Of a DNA stretch of 37,032 nt, positions 18,113 through 27,099 are shown in pieces. Origin of the DNA: a virus (lineage: Duplodnaviria > Heunggongvirae > Uroviricota > Caudoviricetes). The notes under the pieces were generated by a model, which worked only from the letters and a program-made list of their open reading frames with translations, was not told the origin of the DNA and did no database searches. The translations under genes were made by a program, and so were the position numbers. Location: IMG/VR virus record IMGVR_UViG_2700989496_000004; one strand, given 5' to 3'. The number at the start of each line of letters is the position of its first letter. The first letter of the stretch is position 1.

Positions 18113-18152
18113 AAAACAGAGGCTGTAAAGCCTTTATAAAGGTAATACAGCC
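18113..18152 (-). terminator. Rho-independent terminator-like palindrome after the G-like gene
   Basis: GGCTGTA-aag-CCTTTATAAAGG-taa-TACAGCC (18121-18152) followed on the minus strand by TGTTTTAT. The core CCTTTATAAAGG is a perfect 12-bp palindrome. Confidence 0.5.
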
Positions 18153-18198
18153 CCTCATTCGCTGGCAATGATAAATCACCCGCCTGAAGAGAGAAAAC

Positions 18199-18657
18199 TC
18201 AGCGACGGGCCGCTGATTCAAGATGGCGGACAATGGTATCGAGGATGGGGATTACCACTTCAGGCTGTAGTTCTCCATCCCCCGTCACCGGCAGGAACGG
18301 GCGGGCCGGAAGTTCAACAGACTCATTACGCCCCGTTTTACCCCCGAACTGGTGAATGGCACCGTAAACAACGTTGGTCCCCACAACAGCCTGCCGGTCG
18401 TCATGGTCGGTTGATACTGACCCCATCAGACGCCCGGTATCCTGCAGTGTCTGCCCGTCACGTTCTTCCGCTGCCAGCGAGGGCATCCACCCCGGACGCC
18501 CCTCATCAAGAAAGTTAAACTGTGTTTCCGCCAGCAGGGTTCCGGCGATTTTGCGCATCGCGGGCTCCAGGTCTGTGGCAGCAAGATCCAGCGCACGGAG
18601 GCTCCGGCGCAGGGACTTATCGTTAATGGTGATACTGACCAGGTTATCGGAAGCCAT
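18199..18657 (-). CDS. Virion morphogenesis protein (Mu G-like)
   Basis: 152 aa immediately downstream of the F-like gene. Confidence 0.65.
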   Translation of the reverse strand: MASDNLVSITINDKSLRRSLRALDLAATDLEPAMRKIAGTLLAETQFNFLDEGRPGWMPSLAAEERDGQTLQDTGRLMGSVSTDHDDRQAVVGTNVVYGAIHQFGGKTGRNESVELPARPFLPVTGDGELQPEVVIPILDTIVRHLESAARR

Positions 18658-18659
18658 TG

Positions 18660-19481
18660 TTATCCTCTCAGTTCCTGTTGTGCCAGTGGCTGAAGCGTAC
18701 CCTGATAGCGGGCCAGGTCGGGACGGTATGCTGCCCCCGGAGCATAAGACCAGCCGACGTCGGTGGTCACCTTCGTGGTGCCGGTATTAAAGGTGGCCAC
18801 GTTCCGCATTTCGCCGGTTTTCTCTGAGACCAGTTTCAGTTCCTGGCCCATGGCAGAGCCGGAGCTGATAACCTTCAGGCCACGGGCACGTACATCCGCC
18901 GCACTCAGGGCAATAACACTACAGCGGCAGCGCCAGCCGTTCGGCGGGTAAAATGCCTGCCAGAACGGGTCATCCCAGCGCAGCACCAGACCATGCAGCG
19001 CCAGATGGCTCCTGCGGGTATGGCTGTCGTTGATGCCGGTATACATCCAGTACGGCCTGTCGTCGACGTTTTCCATCTGTTCCGCCCAACGACCGGCGCT
19101 GTAGAGTACGGACATATTGGTGCGAAAGATGGTATCGAGCCGCCACGGACTGCCCTGCTGAATGGTGACCGGCTCACCCGTTACCGGGTCAGTCGTGTCA
19201 CGTGGTCCCCACCATCCCTTACGCTTCAGCACCGGCTCCAGCTCCTGCCGGAACCAGCGATCGGTTTTTCCTTCATCGACAGCCTGCTGCAGTGCCCCGC
19301 GAATATCTTCCAGGATATCCAGGCGGGTCACTTTAGCAACGGTAAAGGCGCGGGCATGGGCCTCCTGCCACATTTCTTCCCAGTCCCAGGTAATCTGATA
19401 TCCTTTGGACTTCAGGTAGTTGATTGCCCGCTTCGGGGGAAGCGTCATGCAGTACGCCAGTTCAGCCGTTGTCACGCTCAT
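18660..19481 (-). CDS. Head morphogenesis protein (Mu F-like minor head protein)
   Basis: About 273 aa downstream of the portal gene. Start placed at an internal Met; exact start uncertain between 19481 and 19508. Confidence 0.7.
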   Translation of the reverse strand: MSVTTAELAYCMTLPPKRAINYLKSKGYQITWDWEEMWQEAHARAFTVAKVTRLDILEDIRGALQQAVDEGKTDRWFRQELEPVLKRKGWWGPRDTTDPVTGEPVTIQQGSPWRLDTIFRTNMSVLYSAGRWAEQMENVDDRPYWMYTGINDSHTRRSHLALHGLVLRWDDPFWQAFYPPNGWRCRCSVIALSAADVRARGLKVISSGSAMGQELKLVSEKTGEMRNVATFNTGTTKVTTDVGWSYAPGAAYRPDLARYQGTLQPLAQQELRG

Positions 19482-20958
19482 GCAGACGTCCCCGGATATT
19501 TGCCACAAAGAGAATGCGGGCCAGCCGCTCCTGCAGATCGTCCGTGTTCATCTGAGGGTAGAGCTCCGCCAGTTCGCCCAGCAGCTCAGACGGGTTAACC
19601 CCGTTTTCGACCCGCCTGAACAGAGGTGCCAGGACGGGTTCCAGCGTGCCATTTAACGCGCCTCCGTTCATCAGAATGTCCAGCGCGTCGTCAAGCTGCT
19701 GCTGAGCCTGAATATCAGCATCAATCGCCTCGGCAAATGACAGCGGCAGCATGTTATTCTGGCGTTCCGACGGTGGTGTCTCGTCAATATCGCCGTCCTG
19801 CAGTTGGTACTCACGCTTGAAGTACTGCGGGGTCAGACGCAGACCCGCCCGGGTGAGTTTTTCGTCGCGGGTGGCACGGGTGTCATCAATGGCCTCCTGT
19901 TCCCACATGGCCCAGACCGGACACGGCACATCGCCGAAGTTCAGGGTGACCACCGTTCTGATGACCTGATTCACTGCCGCCTGAATGATGTCCGCATCCG
20001 CATCGCGGATATCAGCCGTTACCTCCAGCCCGGCCTGTGCAGAGGCCTTGTTACTGTTCGCTTCCGTGGTCTGATTCTGACCGAGTAATGCAATGGAGAT
20101 CTCACTGCGTGACAGTGTGATCAGCTCGCGAAATACCTCGCTGCTGTCTGCCTTGCCATCCGCTGCCCTGAGCTCAATACTGCTGTCATCGGGGATGGCG
20201 GCCACCGCGTCCTCCACCATCTGCTCCATGGAGTCCAGCAGTTTTTCAATCTCTGCATCATTTGCGCCCCTCGGGTGCTTACCGATCACCCACGGGGAGC
20301 CAAACTTTTCGGCAAAGCGGAGCCAGAATTTCATCCCGCCTTTCTTGAAGGCGACCGGCCAGAAGCACATGGACAGGTCCGGGAAACCGTAAGGATTGTC
20401 ATACGAGGCATCCTGTGCCGGCACCACGAATTTTGACGGTGACAGCAGCTCACCCTCCACACCCGCATCACGCGCCCGAAAGCGCAGGCAGTTGTCCGTA
20501 TCAAACTGAAACCACTCAGGCGGTTTGCCGACAATATCCGTCACCGCCCACGACCTGACCGAACGGCCCCACATGATTTCACAGGGCTGATACCCGTAGA
20601 GCACGGCATCGCTCATTTCACCGATGATGCGGGACAGATCCAGATCGTCGAGCATGTCGCGGATGAAACGGAAGACCCGGGCAGAGGCGTGACCACGCTC
20701 CAGTCCACGCTCCAGCGATTTGAGCGCTGCTTTACGTCTGCGGATACAGCCCCCGACCAGCGGGTCGGTGCGCAGTTCGCGGTAGATACGGATATCCCGT
20801 CCCTGAGCCTTGAGAATGGGATCAGGATTGGGCAGATACATGCCCAGTCCGTAAAAGTCGATCGCGCGGCTGCGGGAGGCAATCTGCGCGGTCAGTGATT
20901 TCTGAGGCTCAGAAAAAGCAACAAATTCATCGGGTGAAACCCAGATACCCCTCGCCAT
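19462..20958 (-). CDS. Portal protein (Mu gp29-like)
   Basis: 498 aa, start overlapping the large terminase stop, typical portal size and position. Confidence 0.8.
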   Translation of the reverse strand: MARGIWVSPDEFVAFSEPQKSLTAQIASRSRAIDFYGLGMYLPNPDPILKAQGRDIRIYRELRTDPLVGGCIRRRKAALKSLERGLERGHASARVFRFIRDMLDDLDLSRIIGEMSDAVLYGYQPCEIMWGRSVRSWAVTDIVGKPPEWFQFDTDNCLRFRARDAGVEGELLSPSKFVVPAQDASYDNPYGFPDLSMCFWPVAFKKGGMKFWLRFAEKFGSPWVIGKHPRGANDAEIEKLLDSMEQMVEDAVAAIPDDSSIELRAADGKADSSEVFRELITLSRSEISIALLGQNQTTEANSNKASAQAGLEVTADIRDADADIIQAAVNQVIRTVVTLNFGDVPCPVWAMWEQEAIDDTRATRDEKLTRAGLRLTPQYFKREYQLQDGDIDETPPSERQNNMLPLSFAEAIDADIQAQQQLDDALDILMNGGALNGTLEPVLAPLFRRVENGVNPSELLGELAELYPQMNTDDLQERLARILFVANIRGRLHERDNG

Positions 20959-22553
20959 CAGAATCCCTCCAGCATACGGGCCGCCTGACGACGACGGCGT
21001 GAGCTTGCCTTCACCGGCCCTTTGTTAATTTCACGGCTGGCGAAATACGCCAGCGCCAGTGCGATGGCTGAATCCCCGTGGCGTTTACCACCGTCAGCCT
21101 TTGCTTTTGAGCGTTGCTCCGGTACGCGGGGGACACCGTTCACCACCTGAACGGCCCGCAGGTCATCCAGTGTGTCTTCATCCTTTGGTAAGTCCACCAG
21201 GTTGCCGTCTTCCAGTGCAGCTTTGACCGGAGGCATATGCTCCCGGTACCAGCCTTCGGTTGGCATCACCTGCTGAACCCGGCCGGAGCCGTAGCGCTGC
21301 ATGGCGTATTCAGCCAGATAGGCACCATTACCACGGGCATCAAACGCTGCACCCAGCAGACCGGGCAGGCCATCCATCAGATACCAGGTGATTTGCTCCT
21401 GCTGTCTGAACGGCACGTTACGCAGCTCCAGTACGAATGGCACGCGTCGTACCAGGTTCTTCTCCTGCAGCAGGGGATAGTCCACCGACAAATCACCGCT
21501 ACGGCCAAAGTCGCGCCCCAGGAAAGAGCGGGCATCAGTGGGGAGTGCCTCCAGCAATGGTTTCAGATACTCATCAAGCCAGTCCTGCGTCTCGCGGAAG
21601 CGAACCTCATCAGACAGCAGTTCATAACCTTCCTTGCAGGTCAGACGCAATACCGGCGTATCAGCGGACATGCGGGACTCTATCAGGGCACGGGACAGCC
21701 AGGCACCGCCACCGTTGGCCGGAATACAGTCAAGCTCTTCGGATGCGCCGGCACCGTAGAATTTGTACACCGATGCCATCCAGGCCTGCTCGGATGCCTC
21801 CGACCATTCCTTCCCGGTGCGCAGACAGACGCGCCGGAACAGCCCCTCAGATACGGCTTCCCGGAAAGTGATGCGATGTATGCTGCCTCCCTGACGTCCG
21901 GCACGGATATCCCCGATAAGCGTATTGAACGGATTGTCGTCACCGTCATGGGTGGAGATAACGCGTACCTTTCCCCCCCAGATAAGCATCGCCAGCGCCG
22001 CTTTCAGCAGTTCGTCCAGTTGCTCATGGAACGCCGCTTCGTCGATAACAATAATACCCTGACGGCCACGCAGGTTAGACGGGCGGCTGGAGAGCGCAAC
22101 AATACGAAAGCCGGAGTCAGGAAATTTGATGGTGTAAGTCTTGATGTGTTTGTCGTCGTCGTCCTCTTCCCAGAATCCTTCTTCAATTTCACTGGCCGCA
22201 TAGTTGAATGCCCGTGCCCACATCGCACACGCCTGAATGTATTCGACGGTCATGTCCTGGTTATAAGCGATGTAATACACATTCATCCCGCCTGCTGGCG
22301 CAGAAGAGGCGGCGGTCAGTACGTTATCGGATGCCTCAGCCCATGTAATACCGGTACGACGGCTCTTTTCTATCACCTTAAGCGGAGAGGTGTCTGCCAC
22401 CCAGCGCTGCTGGTAAGGCAACAGAACGGGAGGGGCATCCAGCGCCGAGGTATCAGGCAAAACGGGAGCAAGGTTATTCCTCCCGTCCATGGGACTCATC
22501 CCTTCGGGGCCGCCGCCAGCGGCGTTTAAAATCACTCCGGATGATTTTGTCAT
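20958..22553 (-). CDS. Terminase large subunit (Mu gp28-like)
   Basis: 531 aa following the gp27-like gene, overlapping start and stop. Confidence 0.85.
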   Translation of the reverse strand: MTKSSGVILNAAGGGPEGMSPMDGRNNLAPVLPDTSALDAPPVLLPYQQRWVADTSPLKVIEKSRRTGITWAEASDNVLTAASSAPAGGMNVYYIAYNQDMTVEYIQACAMWARAFNYAASEIEEGFWEEDDDDKHIKTYTIKFPDSGFRIVALSSRPSNLRGRQGIIVIDEAAFHEQLDELLKAALAMLIWGGKVRVISTHDGDDNPFNTLIGDIRAGRQGGSIHRITFREAVSEGLFRRVCLRTGKEWSEASEQAWMASVYKFYGAGASEELDCIPANGGGAWLSRALIESRMSADTPVLRLTCKEGYELLSDEVRFRETQDWLDEYLKPLLEALPTDARSFLGRDFGRSGDLSVDYPLLQEKNLVRRVPFVLELRNVPFRQQEQITWYLMDGLPGLLGAAFDARGNGAYLAEYAMQRYGSGRVQQVMPTEGWYREHMPPVKAALEDGNLVDLPKDEDTLDDLRAVQVVNGVPRVPEQRSKAKADGGKRHGDSAIALALAYFASREINKGPVKASSRRRRQAARMLEGF

Positions 22554-23095
22554 GTGGCAATCCCCAGAATCTCGCGACGAAGCGCCTGTACTGCGTCGCT
22601 TGACAGTCCCCCCTTACGGGCAATTTTCTCGGCGTTGCTGGCTGCCTGCTGCGCTCTGGCCCGTACTTCAGACTGGAACTTTTTGAGGTTGACGGACGCG
22701 CGGGACAGCGTAGCCACATTCTTCGCCACCTTCGACAGCAGGGCCACGCGTTCTTTAGGATCGACTTCGCCTTCTTCCGCCTCCTGCAACTGGACAATAC
22801 TCTCGAACAGCTCGGTCTGAATAAGGGCTATCACAGCCTCCGAACGCGCATCCTGATCGTCTGCTGCGCCTTCGGTCAGCATGCGGGCCGCTTCTGTTGC
22901 CGCACGGATAGCACCATAGCGGCGCTCAATCTTCTGTCCATAGCGATGGATAGCGGATTTGCTGATGACGTACCCCCGCTCACGCAACAGTGACTCCAGC
23001 TCGTTATACCCGCTGAAGCCGGATTCAGTCAGCGCCCGTTCAAGCCAGCGGCGCACGTCTTCCGGCAGCTTTTCTATTGTGCTGCGTCTGGCCAT
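22550..23095 (-). CDS. Mu gp27-like protein (DUF3486-type, probable small terminase or DNA-binding packaging protein)
   Basis: 181 aa immediately upstream of the large terminase gene. Confidence 0.6.
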   Translation of the reverse strand: MARRSTIEKLPEDVRRWLERALTESGFSGYNELESLLRERGYVISKSAIHRYGQKIERRYGAIRAATEAARMLTEGAADDQDARSEAVIALIQTELFESIVQLQEAEEGEVDPKERVALLSKVAKNVATLSRASVNLKKFQSEVRARAQQAASNAEKIARKGGLSSDAVQALRREILGIAT

Positions 23096-23406
23096 TATTC
23101 ACTCCAGTACTTTTCCGGGCGGGCAATACCCGGACCACATTCCACGGTGTATTCCACCAGGTCTACGCCGAGGCGGGTCAGGTCAGCAAACCAGTCGCCA
23201 GAAGGTTTTTTCTCCAGCTCAACCATTTTACGGTCAGCCAGATAATCCAGTTCGCGGCGCAGTTCCAGCGGTGTGGTGTCCGGGTAGATGGCACGGGACA
23301 CATCCAGCAGCAGCGTCTCGCTGGCGGTGTAAGGGCGGGTCTTGTTCAGGGCAACCAGCAGACTCCAGCGCAGGGATTCGCGGCGTACCCGGGTAATATC
23401 GACCAT
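23095..23406 (-). CDS. Hypothetical phage protein (Mu gp26 position)
   Basis: 103 aa, translationally coupled. Confidence 0.5.
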   Translation of the reverse strand: MVDITRVRRESLRWSLLVALNKTRPYTASETLLLDVSRAIYPDTTPLELRRELDYLADRKMVELEKKPSGDWFADLTRLGVDLVEYTVECGPGIARPEKYWSE

Positions 23407-23732
23407 TATTGACCTCCGGTATTGCGGTACTGCTGTACCACTTCCAGTTTGTTATAAAGCGCGTCCAGTTTGGCCTCAATGACTGTCTGGCCACGGATAT
23501 AATCCTCTCGACGGACATAATTCAGCGGTAAATCCGCTTTAAATCGCATAAATTCTTTTTCCAGCTCGCCCCAGTTGGAGGCGGATTGTTGCAGGGCCTG
23601 TTCAAGGGAGGCGAATCGTGCCGCCTGGCGTTCTTCTGTTTTACTGAACAACCATTTGGCGAGCCCTCCCACAAACCTCATGAAGGTGAGCAGAAAACTC
23701 ACCACCGTCCAGAATTCAACCTGCAGTGTCAT
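23406..23732 (-). CDS. Small membrane protein (possible Mu gp25-like lysis accessory / releasin)
   Basis: 108 aa with one N-terminal transmembrane segment (FWTVVSFLLTFMRFVGGLAKWLF) and a soluble helical C-terminus, directly after the spanin genes. Confidence 0.4.
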   Translation of the reverse strand: MTLQVEFWTVVSFLLTFMRFVGGLAKWLFSKTEERQAARFASLEQALQQSASNWGELEKEFMRFKADLPLNYVRREDYIRGQTVIEAKLDALYNKLEVVQQYRNTGGQ

Positions 23733-24379
23733 TTCTGTAATCCTTCCCGTTCATCCAGCAGCGCGTTTATCTGGTTCCGCCAGCGACGACATTGCCATGC
23801 GTTGTCGATGATGTTGGCGAGAACGTCACGCTGGGAGACACCCGAATCGCGTAACCGGGTGTCAGTGGTTTCAGGTTGCCCGGTCGCTGTGCCAGAGCGG
23901 GTGCCAGTGGCGGCAACTGAGTCTGAATGACCGGTGTCGACGGATGCGTTGTCATATCCGAGTGCGGCGTTGTACTGGCGCACGAAACCGCGAGTAAACA
24001 CGCACTCAATGGGATGACTCTTACCTTTTTCATCAATCCAGCGCTGTGTGACATCGTTAATTTGCCCCTGTAGTTGTTTGTTCCGGCTCTCCAGTTGAGC
24101 AATCTGCTCAAGATAACCGGCTTCAGCCCGCTGCCCGGCGGCCACCTGCTCCTGATACCGTCTGGCCCAGGCCCGCAGCGCAGCATTCTCAAGCGTTGCC
24201 TGCTCCGTTTTGTACGCGTCAAATGCTGACTGCAACTGACTTAGCGCGGTATCACCGTCACGCTTTGCAGAGTCATGACCACTTCTGTATCCCATGGCAT
24301 ACAGGCCGACCAGAAAGGCATTGATAAGAATGGCCAGCAGAATGCCGCGCCACGGCAGCTTTTTAACCAGATGCCACAC
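23729..24379 (-). CDS. i-spanin (Rz-like)
   Basis: GTG start (V35 of the 250-aa track ORF) preceded by GGGGAGG. N-terminal transmembrane segment LPWRGILLAILINAFLVGLYAMGY then a long helical periplasmic domain. An o-spanin is embedded in another frame. Confidence 0.6.
   Translation of the reverse strand: MWHLVKKLPWRGILLAILINAFLVGLYAMGYRSGHDSAKRDGDTALSQLQSAFDAYKTEQATLENAALRAWARRYQEQVAAGQRAEAGYLEQIAQLESRNKQLQGQINDVTQRWIDEKGKSHPIECVFTRGFVRQYNAALGYDNASVDTGHSDSVAATGTRSGTATGQPETTDTRLRDSGVSQRDVLANIIDNAWQCRRWRNQINALLDEREGLQK
23767..24033 (-). CDS. o-spanin (Rz1-like outer-membrane lipoprotein), embedded in the i-spanin gene
   Basis: Internal Met of the 151-aa alternate-frame ORF gives MKKVRVIPLSACLLAVSCAS... 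with a lipobox (LSAC) followed by a Pro-rich mature region, the classic embedded Rz1 arrangement. Confidence 0.6.
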   Translation of the reverse strand: MKKVRVIPLSACLLAVSCASTTPHSDMTTHPSTPVIQTQLPPLAPALAQRPGNLKPLTPGYAIRVSPSVTFSPTSSTTHGNVVAGGTR

Positions 24380-25103
24380 AACTGCTGCCTCCCCATGTGA
24401 GATATCGCGGTGCCAGTTCGCGCAGGATGCGCTGCGGATAATGGCGGTTCTCCCGCCAGCTGGCCGCATTGCGTCCGGCATTCACCGTGGCGACATGTCC
24501 GAACCAGCGGGTGCTGTCCAGACCTTTCTGTGATGCAAGCCGCCTGTCCCGTTGTACCCAGCCCAGACCACCGTTATAGCCCGACAGTGTCATGGCCATA
24601 CGCTCGCAGTCACTGGCGGCGCTGACACGCTGCCACAGCCAGCGGTCATAGCTGACCAGCGCCCGGATAGCCCATGCCGGATTAAACGGCTCACGACTGC
24701 TCAGCATCGGTATCAACTGGCTTATCCAGTCGGCAGTGGCAGGCATGAACTGCGCCAGTCCCTGAGCGCCAGCCGGCGAGATCGCATCAGGTCGCCAGCC
24801 GCTTTCCTGATGCAGTTGCGCGGCGAAATCGGCCACCGGCGCAGACAGTCCCCATTCAAGCCGGGCATTACGGATCACATCATCGCGATACTGCAGCGCA
24901 GCCTGCGGAGGTTGTGCTGCGCATGCCTGGCTGAAAAAGCCGCCACACCAGAGCAACATTGCGACAAAGAATACCCATGCCATATGAACCAGAAAGGTCC
25001 CGGCGCGGACTGACAGGCGTTCGGTTCTGATGAAGACCCGAAAGGCTTCGAAAGCCAGTTTCAGGGACATGCATACAATCCAGGTGATCTGCGGCCAGTT
25101 CAT
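24363..25103 (-). CDS. Endolysin, lytic transglycosylase (SLT domain), with N-terminal hydrophobic signal-anchor
   Basis: Motif ESGWRPDAISPAGAQGLAQFMPATA fits the lytic transglycosylase family. Hydrophobic N-terminal segment MAWVFFVAMLLWCGGFF, start 2 nt after the upstream stop. Confidence 0.8.
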   Translation of the reverse strand: MNWPQITWIVCMSLKLAFEAFRVFIRTERLSVRAGTFLVHMAWVFFVAMLLWCGGFFSQACAAQPPQAALQYRDDVIRNARLEWGLSAPVADFAAQLHQESGWRPDAISPAGAQGLAQFMPATADWISQLIPMLSSREPFNPAWAIRALVSYDRWLWQRVSAASDCERMAMTLSGYNGGLGWVQRDRRLASQKGLDSTRWFGHVATVNAGRNAASWRENRHYPQRILRELAPRYLTWGGSSCVASG

Positions 25104-25105
25104 GA

Positions 25106-25456
25106 TTAAAGCCCCATCGCAACAGCCAGGCAGACCGCTGCAACAATCAGTGCACGGCGGATTAACGCAGCAGAAAACACCAGGTGAAGGCCGGTCTGTA
25201 CCGGGAAACGCCCTTCAGCCATCAGCCTGTCGTCATGTTTCAGGTACTGACCGGGACGGGCTTTGGGGAAGAGCGAACGGTCAAGCCAGTAACCCAGCAC
25301 TGCTGCCAGCGTGATGAGTGCCAGCTTGTAGATCACAACAGGCAGCTGCTGTGGTGAGACCAGAGCGATGGTGCCCAGCAACAGCACTGAGGTCAGCAGC
25401 CAGCCGCTGAGGCGAGGTTTTTTAACAGGGGGAATGAATTTTTTCAGGTTTTTCAT
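25106..25456 (-). CDS. Three-transmembrane membrane protein, first gene of the late operon (holin-like)
   Basis: Start at internal Met (MKNLKKF...) with AAGGAGA 6 nt upstream. Three predicted hydrophobic helices. Confidence 0.5.
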   Translation of the reverse strand: MKNLKKFIPPVKKPRLSGWLLTSVLLLGTIALVSPQQLPVVIYKLALITLAAVLGYWLDRSLFPKARPGQYLKHDDRLMAEGRFPVQTGLHLVFSAALIRRALIVAAVCLAVAMGL

Positions 25457-25586
25457 GTGTGTCTCCTTATCTGGTGGAGACAGCATCACAAATACAGGGC
25501 GCGAAGGATTTTAAAGCGCGTTAAGAGAGCCGGGGATACGGGATGTGCAGGATAAACGATGAATTATTCACAGAGGAGAATACGAT

Positions 25587-26315
25587 ATGACGCAGACACT
25601 GAATCCGGTCATCACTGTCACCGTGTCCGGTCCTGTGGGCAGCGGTAAAAGTTACGTACTGGCGCGAATAGAGGAAGTGGTGAAACAGGAATTCGGAAAC
25701 AGCGTCATTGTCGACGCCGCAGACGTGGACGGTGAGCGCCGTATGAGTGGGGATGATCTGAGCACATGGCAGAAACCACGGGCTGGCACAGTGATCAGGC
25801 TGGAGGAATACACGGGACAGGGCCTGTTGTCATACGGCGAGGAGCGTATCTGTCGGACGAATGAGCTGCTGGATGTTATATGCCCCACGGGCCGGCAACC
25901 CTGGATACTGCCCGATGCACTGCATGCCACCATTGCGGCACTGATGACAGTTTACGATCAGGAGCTGCTCATGAAGGAGTTACGTAAACTCACTGGTCAG
26001 TCAACAGAATGTTGTTCGTCCCCGAAGTACGGCAAACAGGAACACATCCCGATTAACCAGCCTCCCCGGTTCTTCGACGAATACCTTCTGACACCGGAAA
26101 ATAAAGCTGAGCATGAAGAGATCAAAGCGGCGTTGTTCCGGGAAATCAGGAAGATTGCTGAAATGCAACTGGAGGGCGGGCTGGACAGAGTGATGGCGAG
26201 AGGAGAATGGGCATCGCTGTTTGAAAGAGTTTCCCCGGAATTACTTCCCCTCGCACTGGCTATCGGGATTATGCAGACAGCGGATAAACCTCACTTACGT
26301 TCATTAAACACGTAA
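25587..26315 (+). CDS. Walker-A (P-loop) protein of unknown function
   Basis: 242 aa with GPVGSGKS at residues 15-22 and a possible short Walker-B-like VIVDAAD. AGGAGA ribosome-binding site 7 nt upstream. Transcribed divergently from the late operon. Confidence 0.65.
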   Translation: MTQTLNPVITVTVSGPVGSGKSYVLARIEEVVKQEFGNSVIVDAADVDGERRMSGDDLSTWQKPRAGTVIRLEEYTGQGLLSYGEERICRTNELLDVICPTGRQPWILPDALHATIAALMTVYDQELLMKELRKLTGQSTECCSSPKYGKQEHIPINQPPRFFDEYLLTPENKAEHEEIKAALFREIRKIAEMQLEGGLDRVMARGEWASLFERVSPELLPLALAIGIMQTADKPHLRSLNT

Positions 26316-26695
26316 CGCATAATCCGGGATACGCATTCAGCGATGACTGCATTTTCACCGGTTTTTACTGCATCCAGAAGTGACTCTTTAAATGGTACGG
26401 GCCGGGGCTGCAGAAAGGTCGGCATGGCATTGAGCAGACAGAGCGTTTTTTCCGTGAGGACGACATCAGCCGCTCCCACAGCCAGCAACTGAGAGTAACG
26501 AATATAGCTGTTATCCCGAAGCCATATCAGCGTATCAATAAAACACCGGCACTTTTTCTGGTCGTGATCAACCTGGTCCGGGATATCGAAAAAACCAGAA
26601 TAAATCAAAACCTGAGGTGCCGGATGCGTGTTCAGTAATCGGCAGAATATTTTGCCGGTGAGTACATAAAAATCATCATTTAAGGAGTGCATCAT
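26291..26695 (-). CDS. Hypothetical protein
   Basis: 134 aa, 3' end overlaps the Walker-A gene by 25 bp (convergent), start overlaps the start of the next gene on a CATG. Lower GC than the structural genes. Confidence 0.5.
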   Translation of the reverse strand: MMHSLNDDFYVLTGKIFCRLLNTHPAPQVLIYSGFFDIPDQVDHDQKKCRCFIDTLIWLRDNSYIRYSQLLAVGAADVVLTEKTLCLLNAMPTFLQPRPVPFKESLLDAVKTGENAVIAECVSRIMRYVFNERK

Positions 26696-26909
26696 GAATC
26701 CCCGATTAACGTTAACAGAACATCAGCGCCGTGCTGAAGCAGTGAACAATGTTCTGGAAGATATTATCCGGTTATACCGCGGAGAACTGAGTGTCTGTCG
26801 TGCCGCTTTTCATTTTCAGGGAATACAAAAGCAGTTTGATACTTCTGTTTTTGCAGAAGGTATTACTTATGCCCTGGACCGGATAAGGTCAGAAAATCGC
26901 CCCGGATAA
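26694..26909 (+). CDS. Hypothetical small protein
   Basis: 71 aa with AAGGAG 7 nt upstream of the ATG. Confidence 0.5.
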   Translation: MNPRLTLTEHQRRAEAVNNVLEDIIRLYRGELSVCRAAFHFQGIQKQFDTSVFAEGITYALDRIRSENRPG

Positions 26910-26963
26910 TCCCTAAACCACATTAACAGAAATCCCGCCATCCCTGCCGCATCATGAAAGAAC

Positions 26964-26995
26964 GACCAGCCCGGCACCCGAAAGCCGGGCTGGTC
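26964..26995. other. Stable GC-rich hairpin (12-bp stem, 8-nt loop)
   Basis: GACCAGCCCGGC-acccgaaa-GCCGGGCTGGTC between the 71-aa gene and dam. No U-tract on the plus side, weakly U-rich on the minus side. Confidence 0.6.
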
Positions 26996-27099
26996 ATCGC
27001 CCCACAGGAATGCGCTGTGAGCCGACCAAGGTTCAGTCAGTCTCGCGAGACCTGACCAGACTGCCATATTTTTTAATAATTGTAAAAGGCTTGCAGATT

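Noticed and set aside
17985-18198. 34-codon minus-strand ORF crossing the G/I intergenic palindrome as a possible anti-CRISPR gene
   Set aside because: No ribosome-binding site, and it overlaps the terminator hairpin. Kept only as a check suggestion.
21237-22529. 430-aa plus-strand ORF (and 21437-21871) opposite the large terminase gene
   Set aside because: Antisense to the terminase gene, Arg/Pro/Gly-rich low-complexity translation typical of GC-rich antisense frames.
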